Of a stretch of DNA of 31,555 nucleotides, positions 9,601-18,125 are shown piece after piece. The translations under genes were made by a program, and so were the position numbers. The notes under the pieces were generated by a model that was not told the origin of the DNA, did no database searches, and saw only the letters and a list, made by a program, of their open reading frames with translations. Positions within the stretch are counted from its first letter, which is position 1; the number at the start of each line of letters is the position of its first letter. Source of the DNA: a virus (taxonomy: Duplodnaviria; Caudoviricetes); IMG/VR virus record IMGVR_UViG_3300005805_000295, positions 1 to 31,555 of that record. One strand, given 5' to 3'.

Positions 9601-12600
9601 TACGGGTAATAGAGCGGGCATGTCAGATACTCAAAAACAAGCTGCTCAAGACATAATTAAAATATACAACGCGGCGAAAAGAAACCCTGGTATAAAAGGT
9701 AGTTTTCCAAACGCGTTTGAAAACGTGTATGAGTTTATATCTTACGGATTGTCTGATCCTAATATGCAGACCGCCTTACGTAAGATGCCTTCGCCCATGC
9801 CTACAGCAAAATTACCAAGTACATGGAGTACTTTGGTTGATAGGATAGCGGACTTGTTGGGTATAAAAGGGCTTTTAAAAACCCTACGTATAACGCCAAA
9901 AGAATTTGTACCAACTAGAAAACGTGAGTTGTATGACAGCATTCAAGCTTTAAGAGATACTGTTGAAGAAAGAGTTGAACCTTCAATAGAAAACGTAGAG
10001 GCACTTGAAGAGTTAGAAGCTATTGCTGAAGAAGAGTACCAAATACCAGACATAGAAGTTCAACAAATTGAATATGGTAAAAGTGGGCGTAAGAGAGGAG
10101 AAAAACGTCCTAGTGAAAAACCACAAAAAATATCTAAACAAGAATATGAATCAAGAATAAATCGTCTTGTAGATGCTGCCATTATTGCTGGTAGAGGTGA
10201 TACTTCTGCCACGCAGACTGACGTAGCCAACATAGAACTAAACGAACAAAATGCTTTGTTTGACCTTATGGCAAACTTTGAACAAATTCTTAGTGTGCCG
10301 GAAGCCATACCAGAATTTGATAAGTCTTTGCAAATAACCGATGCTGAGGCTGATAAAACAATTAAAGAAACAGGCGACCGTTTTGTATCAAAGATGGAAG
10401 CTGAAAAGCCAACACTTGCCACAAAAACTCGTGCGCTTAAAAATGCCTTTAATAAAGACGGTCGTACAAGAATTATTGAACAAGCACAGAACTATAGGTA
10501 TAGAGTTGATCGTATAAATAATATTTTACGTAGAGTTGGTAAATTAATATCGTTTGGCAAAGACCAAAACAATTTAGGTACAGCTTTAGCTACGTCAGCA
10601 GGCCGCGCAGAAAACGCATACCAGAAATATTTTTACACAGACATCAGTAAGGCCAACGACATGTTGGCCGATTTAGCTAAGTCTATGGGCATCACAGTAC
10701 AAGATGCTTTAGCTCGCTTACACATGTATGCGATTCACTTGCATGACCCAGAGCGTAGAAAAATTAAGTATCTGCGGGAAGTGCCTTTAGCTGATAACCA
10801 AGCAGTTAGAGACCGTGACAGCATCATGAAAGACGTAATCAAAATAGACCGAAATAAGTTAGGTGATGCTGCTGCTAAACAAGAAGCTCAAAAACTACTT
10901 GTCAAATTAGAAGCTCTTGTTGCTGCCAAAGGAGTCAAGACTTCTCCACTGTTTGACATGAATAACGAAGCCTACAACACGCTAGGCCCATACAGCCTAG
11001 ATCAAATAGAAGCATTTGGCCGCGCATTTACAGGTGGAAATATAGCTAAGGCTAGTAAACTAATAGACACACTTAAAAAGATTGAACAGACAACCATTGA
11101 TCTTAATAAGAAGTCAAATTACTTTTCACCGCCAGTGCAAAACTTAGTTGATTTCTATGATTTTAAATTTTACTTTCCATTCAAAGGTAGACCTGATACT
11201 GGACCAGCCGACTACCAATTAGATTACTTTGGGCAGAATGTCGGTGGCGATTTGCAAGACAAACAAGAAGCTTTTGATGGCCGTATTAGTGATGCGGATA
11301 ATCCAATCCTTAACATCCTAAACGAGGCTAGTAAATCTGCTATGCGACTTGGTAGGCATGAAGCTGGGGTCACGCTTTCTATTAAGAATCTTATAGACTC
11401 AAAGATAATTAGTGGTAAGTCGGTTAAGACTGTTACGTTTGAACAAAGGTTTGATAACAAACTTAATGAAGAACTTAAACGCGGTGTAAAAAACATATTT
11501 CATTACTTGCCAGACGGTAAGATTCAGATTTATGAAATAAATGATAAGCAATTACTTGAGGCTATCAAGCGACCCCTACGTGATGACAATTGGTTTGTTG
11601 ATAGCCTAGGCAAGGCAACTAGCATGTTTGGGCAAATGCATACCCGCTTTAACCCAGCGTTTGCTCCAATGGACTTTCTGCGTAACTTATTCACCTATGC
11701 AGGGGTGCTTGGTGCTGAGACTTCGGGTAAGCGTGGGTTTCAGGTAATGACTGAAATGGCTAGTATCTTAGCCAAGAACGGTTTTACTAAAACTGCCAAA
11801 TACTCGCTTGCATTTAGTCGTGGTAATGAAGCTGAGATGGCTCGTCTTGCCAAGACCGACCCTTTCTATAAAGACCTTAGAGAGTATTACGAACTAGGCG
11901 GTCGAGTGGCATACCTGCAAGGCATAACCATCAAAGATAATCTTACTGATGCAGTCAACGCGGCAGACCAAAATGGTGTCATCAAGTCTTTGAGCGGGGC
12001 AAATAAATTCTTTGATGCTTGGCTCGACATGTTTGAGATGTCTACTCGCATTGCCGCTTACCGTACGATGCGGGATCAGTTTGTAGCTGAAGGTATGCCC
12101 ATTGAACAAGCAAAAATTGAAGCTGTTGCTTACGCTAAAAACCTTGCTAACTTTGAAAAGACAGGCATCAGGGGTAAAGAACTTGGCGCGTTTTTCATGT
12201 TCTTCAGGCCAGCAGCCACAGGCGCAGTACGCGCTTACGAAGCCTTATCTCCAGCCCTTGACTATTTCAAATCCGACGAAGAACTCAAAAAGATAGTTAA
12301 GAAAGAAGCCGAAGACGTTGGTAAGTTAACGGACGCTGACATCAACAAGCTTGTCAAAGAATATCGCAATAGAACTAAGAGTGCTGCGGCTGTGTCAACA
12401 ACTTTATTCGGTGTTGGTGCGGCTACGTTTATGATGGCAGCAGCTATGGCTGGCGACGACGATGAAGGTAGGAACAAAGTTCTTACTGATGACGCGGCAC
12501 GGTGGGTACGTAATGCTCGTTTCAATACAGGCATACAGTCAGGGGGCAAAGATATTGTTTTACAGATACCTTGGGGATTTGGCCCTGGCGCTTTTGCATC

Positions 12601-13426
12601 TGTAGGCGCTCAGATCGCAGCCTTTGTATCGGGTTCACAGTCGTTTGGTCAGTTTATCAATAACGTCTTAGATGCTGGTGCTGAATCCTTCATGCCTATC
12701 CCGATCTCTAAGATCAACAAGTTTGAGCACCCTGTAGAAGCTGCCCTTGATTCCGTACTCCCCAGTGCATTGAAACCTCTCTTTGAGTGGGCGATGAACA
12801 TGGACGGCCTTGGCCGCGAGATCTACAACAACAGGCAGTCACGAAATAACGATGCCTACACAGGCGGGGATAACATCCCAGAGTTTTTCAAAGACGCTGC
12901 TCGTTTGTTGTACAACATGTCAGATGGCAAGATCGATGTATCTCCCAACACGATGTACTTCTTCTCCAATAACTATCTTGATGGTGTGTCACGACTTGCA
13001 TCATGGAGCTACAACACGGCGCATACGATTGCCGGTAACCGAGACTTTGACTTCAAGACAGATACGCTTTTGCTTGACGCCTATCTGAAGGCTCCATCTA
13101 ACTACGATGCACGGCAGTTCAGTGAAGTTGAGAAAGAAATCAAGAACTTGGAGCGGCGCTACCGTGCCTATACTTCAAGCGGCGATGCGGAAAGAATAGC
13201 TGACTATTTCCAAGAACATCCTTATGACAAGTCAGTCATCGACTACTACAATAAGTTCAACGGACAGCTAAACAAATTGCGTGAACTTGCCAACAAGACA
13301 AGGACTAATACAAACCTCACGATCAAAGAGAGGCAGGACCAAGTCCGTGTTTTGATTGATAACCAGAACAAATTAAAATCCGCCTTTGTGCAGTCCGTTG
13401 CCGCGTACGGTATTGAGCCAGACTAA
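6602..13426 (+). CDS. Large polyvalent protein (zincin-like HExxH metallopeptidase motif + LPD38-like C-terminal domain), probably virion-delivered
   Basis: 2274 aa. AEYDPRTDTLTI...ETALMHELVHA carries HExxH. The C-terminal LQIPWGFGPGAF...LKPLFEWAMNMDGLGREIY pattern resembles LPD38. N-terminal YEIQAPNGRIYEVQGPDG is followed by Gly/Ala-rich hydrophobic segments. Confidence 0.8.
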   Translation: MRIYEIQAPNGRIYEVQGPDGISQEQLFSFVQSQIYSEDLERLKKEREKSRQESFKPVDVQPIEKQSVLRQVADVPIGIARGAAQGIRMIADAFGPDNVVSQAYRGMEDMLGELYSAQAKNDQKKIAQIMKDAEDKGIGDQLVAAVQAFATAPVDMLSQALGTAAPIVVGGLLGSVARLGAAGVGAVQTGLGGAMGAGTVKGTIYEAVKSALTDSGEDPKVAERKAREAQSYTGENWGQVLAGTVLGGIAGKIGVEDLLLKRFTQKAAQEGVEAAAPGLLRRSATAGATEAVPEMAQAGQEQLAENVALQRAGFDVPTFRGVAGQAALEGLAGAGLGAGLGALPGATPRDQQAEEFRRTLKDQEQETTTEESEAEKKAKKLKLEDLDPTQVQTTLKDLERFTIDPEALKERGVKNEIKNSLRLLGLPETQVKGFLRAKNNQELVNALTKFLTPKPATEEKQGEQLDQVDQQPSGTGTDLSVRPGGETTTGRAAPPSTDGMGSATDASQQVGVGAQQPDIALAQQQAPATQQGTLSVVTSPEAQQKEEAREEAPAQGAAVAGAAATTTEPVVETKPKDLSDKRAAAKAALEARKKAAKNKGAVSIGANEEARLKEIEETLSEEELDFVNLVRDELRQNKPIDPEDFNFASEILRPFDQTRYAQQQDRIAALYEDAAARGSKSLKTRGLPKLFRDLTTEEIKAGEEKGGKLTADEREVFVDALGKDLTPAGATKALAKLSDYRDKKKSFTDEAGARADIVANSIAAYEINRRIESKLRKLNLPSFVELTEDEQQAYLGEAPLKGKVTGEQVIKGFDAIQSYNESLGTEEVTKEELDEGKAETAYGKAQREIQAEKLGMAGTELPTDISEAAKQGNLKTVIDYLANLAKGYQKKQPYTGTSFLQAVTGGTRLSGAINRGIASLIRDLGGIDTKLRYIPTLSKDPATRAEAARLLRSEGKASTFIAEYDPRTDTLTITDRALNETALMHELVHAVTVKMMYKYLTGNRAGMSDTQKQAAQDIIKIYNAAKRNPGIKGSFPNAFENVYEFISYGLSDPNMQTALRKMPSPMPTAKLPSTWSTLVDRIADLLGIKGLLKTLRITPKEFVPTRKRELYDSIQALRDTVEERVEPSIENVEALEELEAIAEEEYQIPDIEVQQIEYGKSGRKRGEKRPSEKPQKISKQEYESRINRLVDAAIIAGRGDTSATQTDVANIELNEQNALFDLMANFEQILSVPEAIPEFDKSLQITDAEADKTIKETGDRFVSKMEAEKPTLATKTRALKNAFNKDGRTRIIEQAQNYRYRVDRINNILRRVGKLISFGKDQNNLGTALATSAGRAENAYQKYFYTDISKANDMLADLAKSMGITVQDALARLHMYAIHLHDPERRKIKYLREVPLADNQAVRDRDSIMKDVIKIDRNKLGDAAAKQEAQKLLVKLEALVAAKGVKTSPLFDMNNEAYNTLGPYSLDQIEAFGRAFTGGNIAKASKLIDTLKKIEQTTIDLNKKSNYFSPPVQNLVDFYDFKFYFPFKGRPDTGPADYQLDYFGQNVGGDLQDKQEAFDGRISDADNPILNILNEASKSAMRLGRHEAGVTLSIKNLIDSKIISGKSVKTVTFEQRFDNKLNEELKRGVKNIFHYLPDGKIQIYEINDKQLLEAIKRPLRDDNWFVDSLGKATSMFGQMHTRFNPAFAPMDFLRNLFTYAGVLGAETSGKRGFQVMTEMASILAKNGFTKTAKYSLAFSRGNEAEMARLAKTDPFYKDLREYYELGGRVAYLQGITIKDNLTDAVNAADQNGVIKSLSGANKFFDAWLDMFEMSTRIAAYRTMRDQFVAEGMPIEQAKIEAVAYAKNLANFEKTGIRGKELGAFFMFFRPAATGAVRAYEALSPALDYFKSDEELKKIVKKEAEDVGKLTDADINKLVKEYRNRTKSAAAVSTTLFGVGAATFMMAAAMAGDDDEGRNKVLTDDAARWVRNARFNTGIQSGGKDIVLQIPWGFGPGAFASVGAQIAAFVSGSQSFGQFINNVLDAGAESFMPIPISKINKFEHPVEAALDSVLPSALKPLFEWAMNMDGLGREIYNNRQSRNNDAYTGGDNIPEFFKDAARLLYNMSDGKIDVSPNTMYFFSNNYLDGVSRLASWSYNTAHTIAGNRDFDFKTDTLLLDAYLKAPSNYDARQFSEVEKEIKNLERRYRAYTSSGDAERIADYFQEHPYDKSVIDYYNKFNGQLNKLRELANKTRTNTNLTIKERQDQVRVLIDNQNKLKSAFVQSVAAYGIEPD
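7986..8165 (+). CDS. Putative overprinted 59-aa protein nested in the +1 frame of the polyvalent gene
   Basis: GAGGAG (7973-7978) lies 7 nt before GTG. Translation MSNLTKLTNSQVEQALIYLSDPEVKPLPEELHHLLPTEWGVLQMLLSRLEWERNNLTLH*; the host frame here is linker-like. Confidence 0.55.
   Translation: MSNLTKLTNSQVEQALIYLSDPEVKPLPEELHHLLPTEWGVLQMLLSRLEWERNNLTLH
8205..8336 (+). CDS. Putative second overprinted 43-aa basic peptide in the same +1 frame
   Basis: AAGGA (8193-8197) lies 7 nt before GTG. Translation MSLRPLKPSKKKKQEKKRLLKEQQWQVPLQPQPNPLLKLNQKT*. Confidence 0.35.
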   Translation: MSLRPLKPSKKKKQEKKRLLKEQQWQVPLQPQPNPLLKLNQKT

Positions 13427-13617
13427 GCCAGCCGCCAACATCGTACCCCCAGCACACCATCTTCTACGATGGTGTAGCACTTCACTCGCACACCTGCCCG
13501 CTTAGATGTTTCGTCAATGACATGGTGGGTGTTAGCGATGTGGACGGTGGGTATAAAAAAACTTTCACCTACCTCCATGAACTCGTAGGGCAGAATCCAC
13601 TCTGGTTCTTCAATCAC
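13423..13617 (-). CDS. Small conserved phage protein (PY..MEVGESFFIP...GVRCWR type), putative DNA-binding
   Basis: Motif recognised in ORF 13423..13650. Start re-assigned to GTG 13617, which has GAGG upstream and overlaps the primase stop. Confidence 0.65.
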   Translation of the reverse strand: MIEEPEWILPYEFMEVGESFFIPTVHIANTHHVIDETSKRAGVRVKCYTIVEDGVLGVRCWRLA

Positions 13618-16489
13618 TGGACAAGTCCTCATCAAAGAGGTCAGACACATCCAGTCTGAACTCGTAGCCTTGGATGTTGGCTACGTTGAACTTCCACCCT
13701 GCGCCGAACCGCAGCTTGTAGGGCGCGGTCATGTTCTTGCCGCCCTTCTTGAGGATGCCCTTATGCAATAGCTCGCCTTCAAAAGCTGTGATATTGATCT
13801 GCAATTTATCAAGGTGTTCTTTCATGGCAGATGAAGATATGAACACCCTGCCTGTGTGAACCTCGGTGCGGATTAACAGCTTATCGCCCTTCGGCTCCAT
13901 CACCACTTTGCCATCATTAATCATCAGTATCGAATTCATGTGGTTGATGATGAACTCATTGATGATGTCCTCGTAGGACTTCTTAGTCCTACGCTCTTGG
14001 TAATGCATGTCCCACATCTCTTTGAGTACGAACCGATATAAGTCCTCAAGATCATAGTCAAGGATCTTGCTCTTAATAGCTATCTCACCAGCGGCAAGAA
14101 TTGCCGCTAATCCTCCCGTCCAGTAACTGTAGCCTGTGTCATCAACAAAGTCTTTGAGGATACGTAGCTTCCAGTCAGTGACTGTCTTTTTAGCGTTGTC
14201 GATGTTGTAGTCGTACAGTGCCTTGACGAACATTGGCCCCGCATGACCGAAGTGTTCCTTGAACGGATTGAACAGGTGCTGACCTTCGCTCTCTGTTAAC
14301 CCCGGCGGCTTGTTGATATGAAACTCCAGTAAGCGGCGAAGCTCACCTTCTGGGTTGGCCTTGCCTGTGGCAAAGAGTTTTTGTTTGTTCGACTGGTTGG
14401 TTGTCATCAGCACAAGCTGACTTGAACCGTCCGACACCTTGCGCTCTAAGTTGTATGAAGTCTGTAGCCTGATCTTTGGTTGCTCGTTCATCGGTAGCTT
14501 AAATATGGCATCCGATATAACCTGTGGTTTGAAGTTTGATGTCTCGTCGATGCCTACTAAAAGATTGCGTAGTGTCGTAGCTCTCTGAAAGATACCGTTG
14601 GTAGTCGCGCCGTCTTGGGTTGTGATTTTTTGTTTTATAGGATCACCGAATACACTCAAGCCAGCTTGCAGAGCACCTGTCTTTCCTGACCCCTTTTCGC
14701 CTGACAAACTGATAATAAGCCCACCGATATTTGTCATCGGCACAAGTATCGATCCAAAGCCAGTCAGTAAAGATAGCCTGTGTAGTTCAAACCCTGGCCT
14801 AAGAAATTCTTCAGCAGCCGTGCGCCATCCACCGTAGGTTCCGTTTGGTCTAATGTGAGGCGACACGTTGCGTAATGACGGTGAGACAGGGCACTCAAAG
14901 TCTCCCTTCGGTGTGATCTCGATGCCGCCTGACACAAAGGATTCATAGCTTGGTGAAGTCCAGCCCATCTGAATCCGCATGTTTTCTGCTTTTCTTCTGT
15001 GGATGAAGTGTGAAGCCCATTTCATAAAATATTCCTTGAGTAATGCAACACCCTTGTCGTTGACCATGATCCCGTTGCTGTACAAAAACTCCTTGTACTT
15101 GTCAGGCATACCCAGATAGCGAAGCGGTAAGATATGCTGCGTGTCACCGTCTTGCGGCATTCTGATCATCAGTTGCAGCGACTCTCCTTCAAAAGGACTC
15201 GTTAGCCGTTTGATAGGAATGATGTCGTAGGGATAGACTTGATACGGTGCTTGCTGGATGCCATTCTTGTCTGGCGCTGGCTGAAAATAGATGCCACCGT
15301 TGGCTGGCCGCATGAAGGGAAACAAGTCGGGGGGGAACTTTAAAAATTCTTTCGGTATAACCTCGCTGCCTTTTTCTTCTGAGTTGGCTGATTCTGAGGA
15401 ATCATCAGGACTTTGCTCTGCCAACTTAAGTCTGGCAACGATACCAATGGGCGAGTTTGATCTGACTTTGCCTTTGTACGGACATCCATCACAACCGCCG
15501 GGGTTGAGACCTTCAAAGGCTTCACAGCCGTGCGCCCACCTTGCATCGGCGAGGCTGTGTTGAGCTTTTTGTTCTGTCTCTGTTGGGGTGTATTTGGGGT
15601 GTCCTTCAGAGAGGAGATGGATTGCTGTATCAGCATCAACACACCTAGCGGCGACAGATATTCCAGCGTACCACATCGGCTCCGGGCAACTAGCTGTGTT
15701 TTCGATGATCCATCGGATTTGGTTACATCCGTTTCCTGCGAGAGATTTTCGTGCAAGTTCACTGAATTCAGATTCATAGTTATCATAGCCAAGAAGTTTT
15801 TTAGTATCCTCATCAAGTCCTCGTTTGACTTGAGTGAGATTGAATTCACCTACAGGTTTAGCGACCTCACCGAGACAAGATACAAACTCCTCTAGTGAGT
15901 ACGTCGTGATGTCTGTAATGACTTCAGCTAGTGGTGGGTCAACTGCATCACAATTCTTACCAAAGTTAAGAGTGCCTGGGACTCGTAGGATTCTTGCTCT
16001 GTCTGCTGGTACACCAGGGTCGATCACCAATCCATGATCTACGCATAACTGCTTGAGTTTTTGAGCGTAGGGTAGCCACTCCTTAGTTGGTATCTCTTCC
16101 TTGAGAATCCAATAGATATGAAAGCCATTACCTGAATCAACCACAGTCGGCTCAGGCAGCTTCACCTTCTCAATCCAATTGATCACCGCATCTTGGGCTT
16201 CATCCTTTGTTGCGTAGCTGTTCTTCTCTTTACCTACGTCAATATCTAGAAAGAAACTCTTGATATAAAGAGAGTCGTCCCCTGCTCGTGAGTAGGCTGT
16301 TTCAAACGACGACAACGCAAACCAAACATTGGTGTGTGCCTCCTTCTTTACTTTTTCAATTAACTTGTAGAACTCTTCTAAGGATGCATTTTCGACAAAC
16401 CTTTGCCGCATCCTGTTAGGCTCACTCATGGAGCACAAACAATAGTTGCCTTGGCTAGGCAGTATTGCCTCAAGAAATTTTTCGTACAT
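13610..16489 (-). CDS. Primase-helicase: N-terminal AEP/RepB-like primase, Cys cluster, C-terminal DUF927-type helicase
   Basis: AEP motifs FFLDIDVG, VDSGNGFHIYW and RILRVPGTLN; Cys cluster HGC...GGCDGC; Walker A GEKGSGKT; Walker B VGIDE; downstream TTN and RRLLE. Confidence 0.88.
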   Translation of the reverse strand: MYEKFLEAILPSQGNYCLCSMSEPNRMRQRFVENASLEEFYKLIEKVKKEAHTNVWFALSSFETAYSRAGDDSLYIKSFFLDIDVGKEKNSYATKDEAQDAVINWIEKVKLPEPTVVDSGNGFHIYWILKEEIPTKEWLPYAQKLKQLCVDHGLVIDPGVPADRARILRVPGTLNFGKNCDAVDPPLAEVITDITTYSLEEFVSCLGEVAKPVGEFNLTQVKRGLDEDTKKLLGYDNYESEFSELARKSLAGNGCNQIRWIIENTASCPEPMWYAGISVAARCVDADTAIHLLSEGHPKYTPTETEQKAQHSLADARWAHGCEAFEGLNPGGCDGCPYKGKVRSNSPIGIVARLKLAEQSPDDSSESANSEEKGSEVIPKEFLKFPPDLFPFMRPANGGIYFQPAPDKNGIQQAPYQVYPYDIIPIKRLTSPFEGESLQLMIRMPQDGDTQHILPLRYLGMPDKYKEFLYSNGIMVNDKGVALLKEYFMKWASHFIHRRKAENMRIQMGWTSPSYESFVSGGIEITPKGDFECPVSPSLRNVSPHIRPNGTYGGWRTAAEEFLRPGFELHRLSLLTGFGSILVPMTNIGGLIISLSGEKGSGKTGALQAGLSVFGDPIKQKITTQDGATTNGIFQRATTLRNLLVGIDETSNFKPQVISDAIFKLPMNEQPKIRLQTSYNLERKVSDGSSQLVLMTTNQSNKQKLFATGKANPEGELRRLLEFHINKPPGLTESEGQHLFNPFKEHFGHAGPMFVKALYDYNIDNAKKTVTDWKLRILKDFVDDTGYSYWTGGLAAILAAGEIAIKSKILDYDLEDLYRFVLKEMWDMHYQERRTKKSYEDIINEFIINHMNSILMINDGKVVMEPKGDKLLIRTEVHTGRVFISSSAMKEHLDKLQINITAFEGELLHKGILKKGGKNMTAPYKLRFGAGWKFNVANIQGYEFRLDVSDLFDEDLSSD

Positions 16490-16506
16490 GGCAGTAGAGA
16501 CAATAA

Positions 16507-16527
16507 GGGCAGGGACCAGCCCTGCCC
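16507..16527 (-). terminator. GC-rich hairpin between the HTH gene and the primase (possible terminator/attenuator)
   Basis: Perfect 8-bp stem GGGCAGGG/CCCTGCCC with a 5-nt loop, followed on the - strand by a weak U-tract (TTATTGTCT). Confidence 0.5.
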
Positions 16528-16542
16528 GTAGACAATCCCAAC

Positions 16543-16857
16543 TTAATTGGGGCCAGATGTCAGACTTTTATAGTATTCAATTGAGGACTTGTAGTCCTTG
16601 ATCGGCAGCACTCCTTTTGCTAAATCTTCATCAATGATTTTTATGAGAGCTTGAGCTGTAGGGATTTTATCCTCGTTCATAGGCTTCCCACGAAACCAAT
16701 TGTGAACAGTCATACGGGTGACTTTCATTAACTTAGCCACGATGGTCGTATGAATCTTTGCCTTAACACATCGTTTGGCAAGGAGAATCTGGATACCGTC
16801 CTTGACGGTCTTGGTATCCAGCTCCTTAATGAACTCCGCAGTGTAGCCCCTAGGCAC
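16543..16857 (-). CDS. Helix-turn-helix DNA-binding protein
   Basis: TTIVAKLMKVTRMTVHNWFRG fits a Cro/XRE-type HTH pattern. Confidence 0.75.
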   Translation of the reverse strand: MPRGYTAEFIKELDTKTVKDGIQILLAKRCVKAKIHTTIVAKLMKVTRMTVHNWFRGKPMNEDKIPTAQALIKIIDEDLAKGVLPIKDYKSSIEYYKSLTSGPN

Positions 16858-17674
16858 TTTTCTTAGCCCACTTCTTCACAAGATCAGAGGCAGTGCCGTC
16901 GCTAGTAGCCGCGACCTCGGCACGTTGAGTGCTTTCACGCTTGGTTGGTTCACTATCGTCGCCCTTCTCTGACTTGTAAACCGTCATCTTAATCGCGTTG
17001 ATGGCGGCTGGTGCCTGACTTTGCTTGCGAATGGCTTCAAGATCGTCAGTATCGACCGCACCCGAAGGAGAGAAAAGTACACGCGGAACCTTAGCCTTCG
17101 TATCAAATTGCATCTTGGTAACCACCGCCCCAGCACTGACATTGTGGGACGCAAGCATCTGTATATACGGGCGGAAGGGCCAGCGGCCATTTTCTTCTTC
17201 TCCAAAAGAAGATGTTGCGGGAAGCACCAACTGATACACGGGGCCATCAAGCTGTTGAGGCAAGACAACCGCAGTACGCCAAGACATGCGGCAAGCTGTA
17301 CCCGTACCACCTTGGCCCGAACCCTTGATCGAGTTAGGACACGCGGCACAGGTAAGCGACACAGGGTTTTGTACCTCTGCGTCAGGCGTCTTGGAGTCAG
17401 ACGACCAACATGCGGGAGAAGATTTTTGACCTTCCTTATACGTGCCTTCGTAGTACGTACGGGACGGGTTGTGAGCCATCTTCACAAAGACCACATTCAT
17501 GTTGCGATCTTCAATCGAGGCTTGCTCTTTGCCGTTGACAATCATACGGAAGGTTCCACCAGCGATAGAAATCCTGAAGTTCTGCATACCACCGGCAACT
17601 GCTTTGGTATCGTCATCAAGACCTTTGGTTACGACGGCGGCTTGCTGAAGTACTACTGCTAGATCGTTACTCAT
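16850..17674 (-). CDS. Putative ssDNA-binding/replication accessory protein with Cys cluster
   Basis: RISIAGGTF, RTYYEG, CWSSD...CAACP...GTACR. Its position between helicase and primase is typical of SSB-like genes; function is inferred. Confidence 0.55.
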   Translation of the reverse strand: MSNDLAVVLQQAAVVTKGLDDDTKAVAGGMQNFRISIAGGTFRMIVNGKEQASIEDRNMNVVFVKMAHNPSRTYYEGTYKEGQKSSPACWSSDSKTPDAEVQNPVSLTCAACPNSIKGSGQGGTGTACRMSWRTAVVLPQQLDGPVYQLVLPATSSFGEEENGRWPFRPYIQMLASHNVSAGAVVTKMQFDTKAKVPRVLFSPSGAVDTDDLEAIRKQSQAPAAINAIKMTVYKSEKGDDSEPTKRESTQRAEVAATSDGTASDLVKKWAKKSA

Positions 17675-17687
17675 TTTGACTAAACTC

Positions 17688-18125
17688 CTACTGGGTTAAC
17701 AACTCATAATTGGGAGCGGTGATTGCCACGTCCCTGCTTGTCGGTTTGTACACAGTCACAGTGTACTCACGGGCTACGTTTATGCCGGGGGGTAAACCAT
17801 CTTTCTCACGCCCCACCATAAATTCTTCAAAATTTGTTTCATGAACACGCTTCTGAAGCAGTTGTGGTGCTTTCTGCTCGATCACGAATTCATAAAAATT
17901 GTTCCAGTCAGTTACATGAAACCGTGACTTAATCTTACGACTAATCGTGCCGCTTGGGGTACGGATGCTATCTGCACCTTGTTCAGCACACAACTTCAAC
18001 ATCTCTTGCTCAAGCACAACTTGTTGTGCCTTCAGTGCCTCGTCCGTGGACTTGAACGTAGCGGCTAACTTCTCCCGCTCGCTACGAATACCCATGAACG
18101 CACTGACAACATCATTCAGATTCAT
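17688..18125 (-). CDS. Conserved phage replication-module protein (N-terminal coiled coil; SIRTPSGT...DWNNFYEFV...LLQKRV)
   Basis: Start re-assigned to ATG 18125 (GGAGG RBS); motif common in phage replication clusters. Confidence 0.7.
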   Translation of the reverse strand: MNLNDVVSAFMGIRSEREKLAATFKSTDEALKAQQVVLEQEMLKLCAEQGADSIRTPSGTISRKIKSRFHVTDWNNFYEFVIEQKAPQLLQKRVHETNFEEFMVGREKDGLPPGINVAREYTVTVYKPTSRDVAITAPNYELLTQ

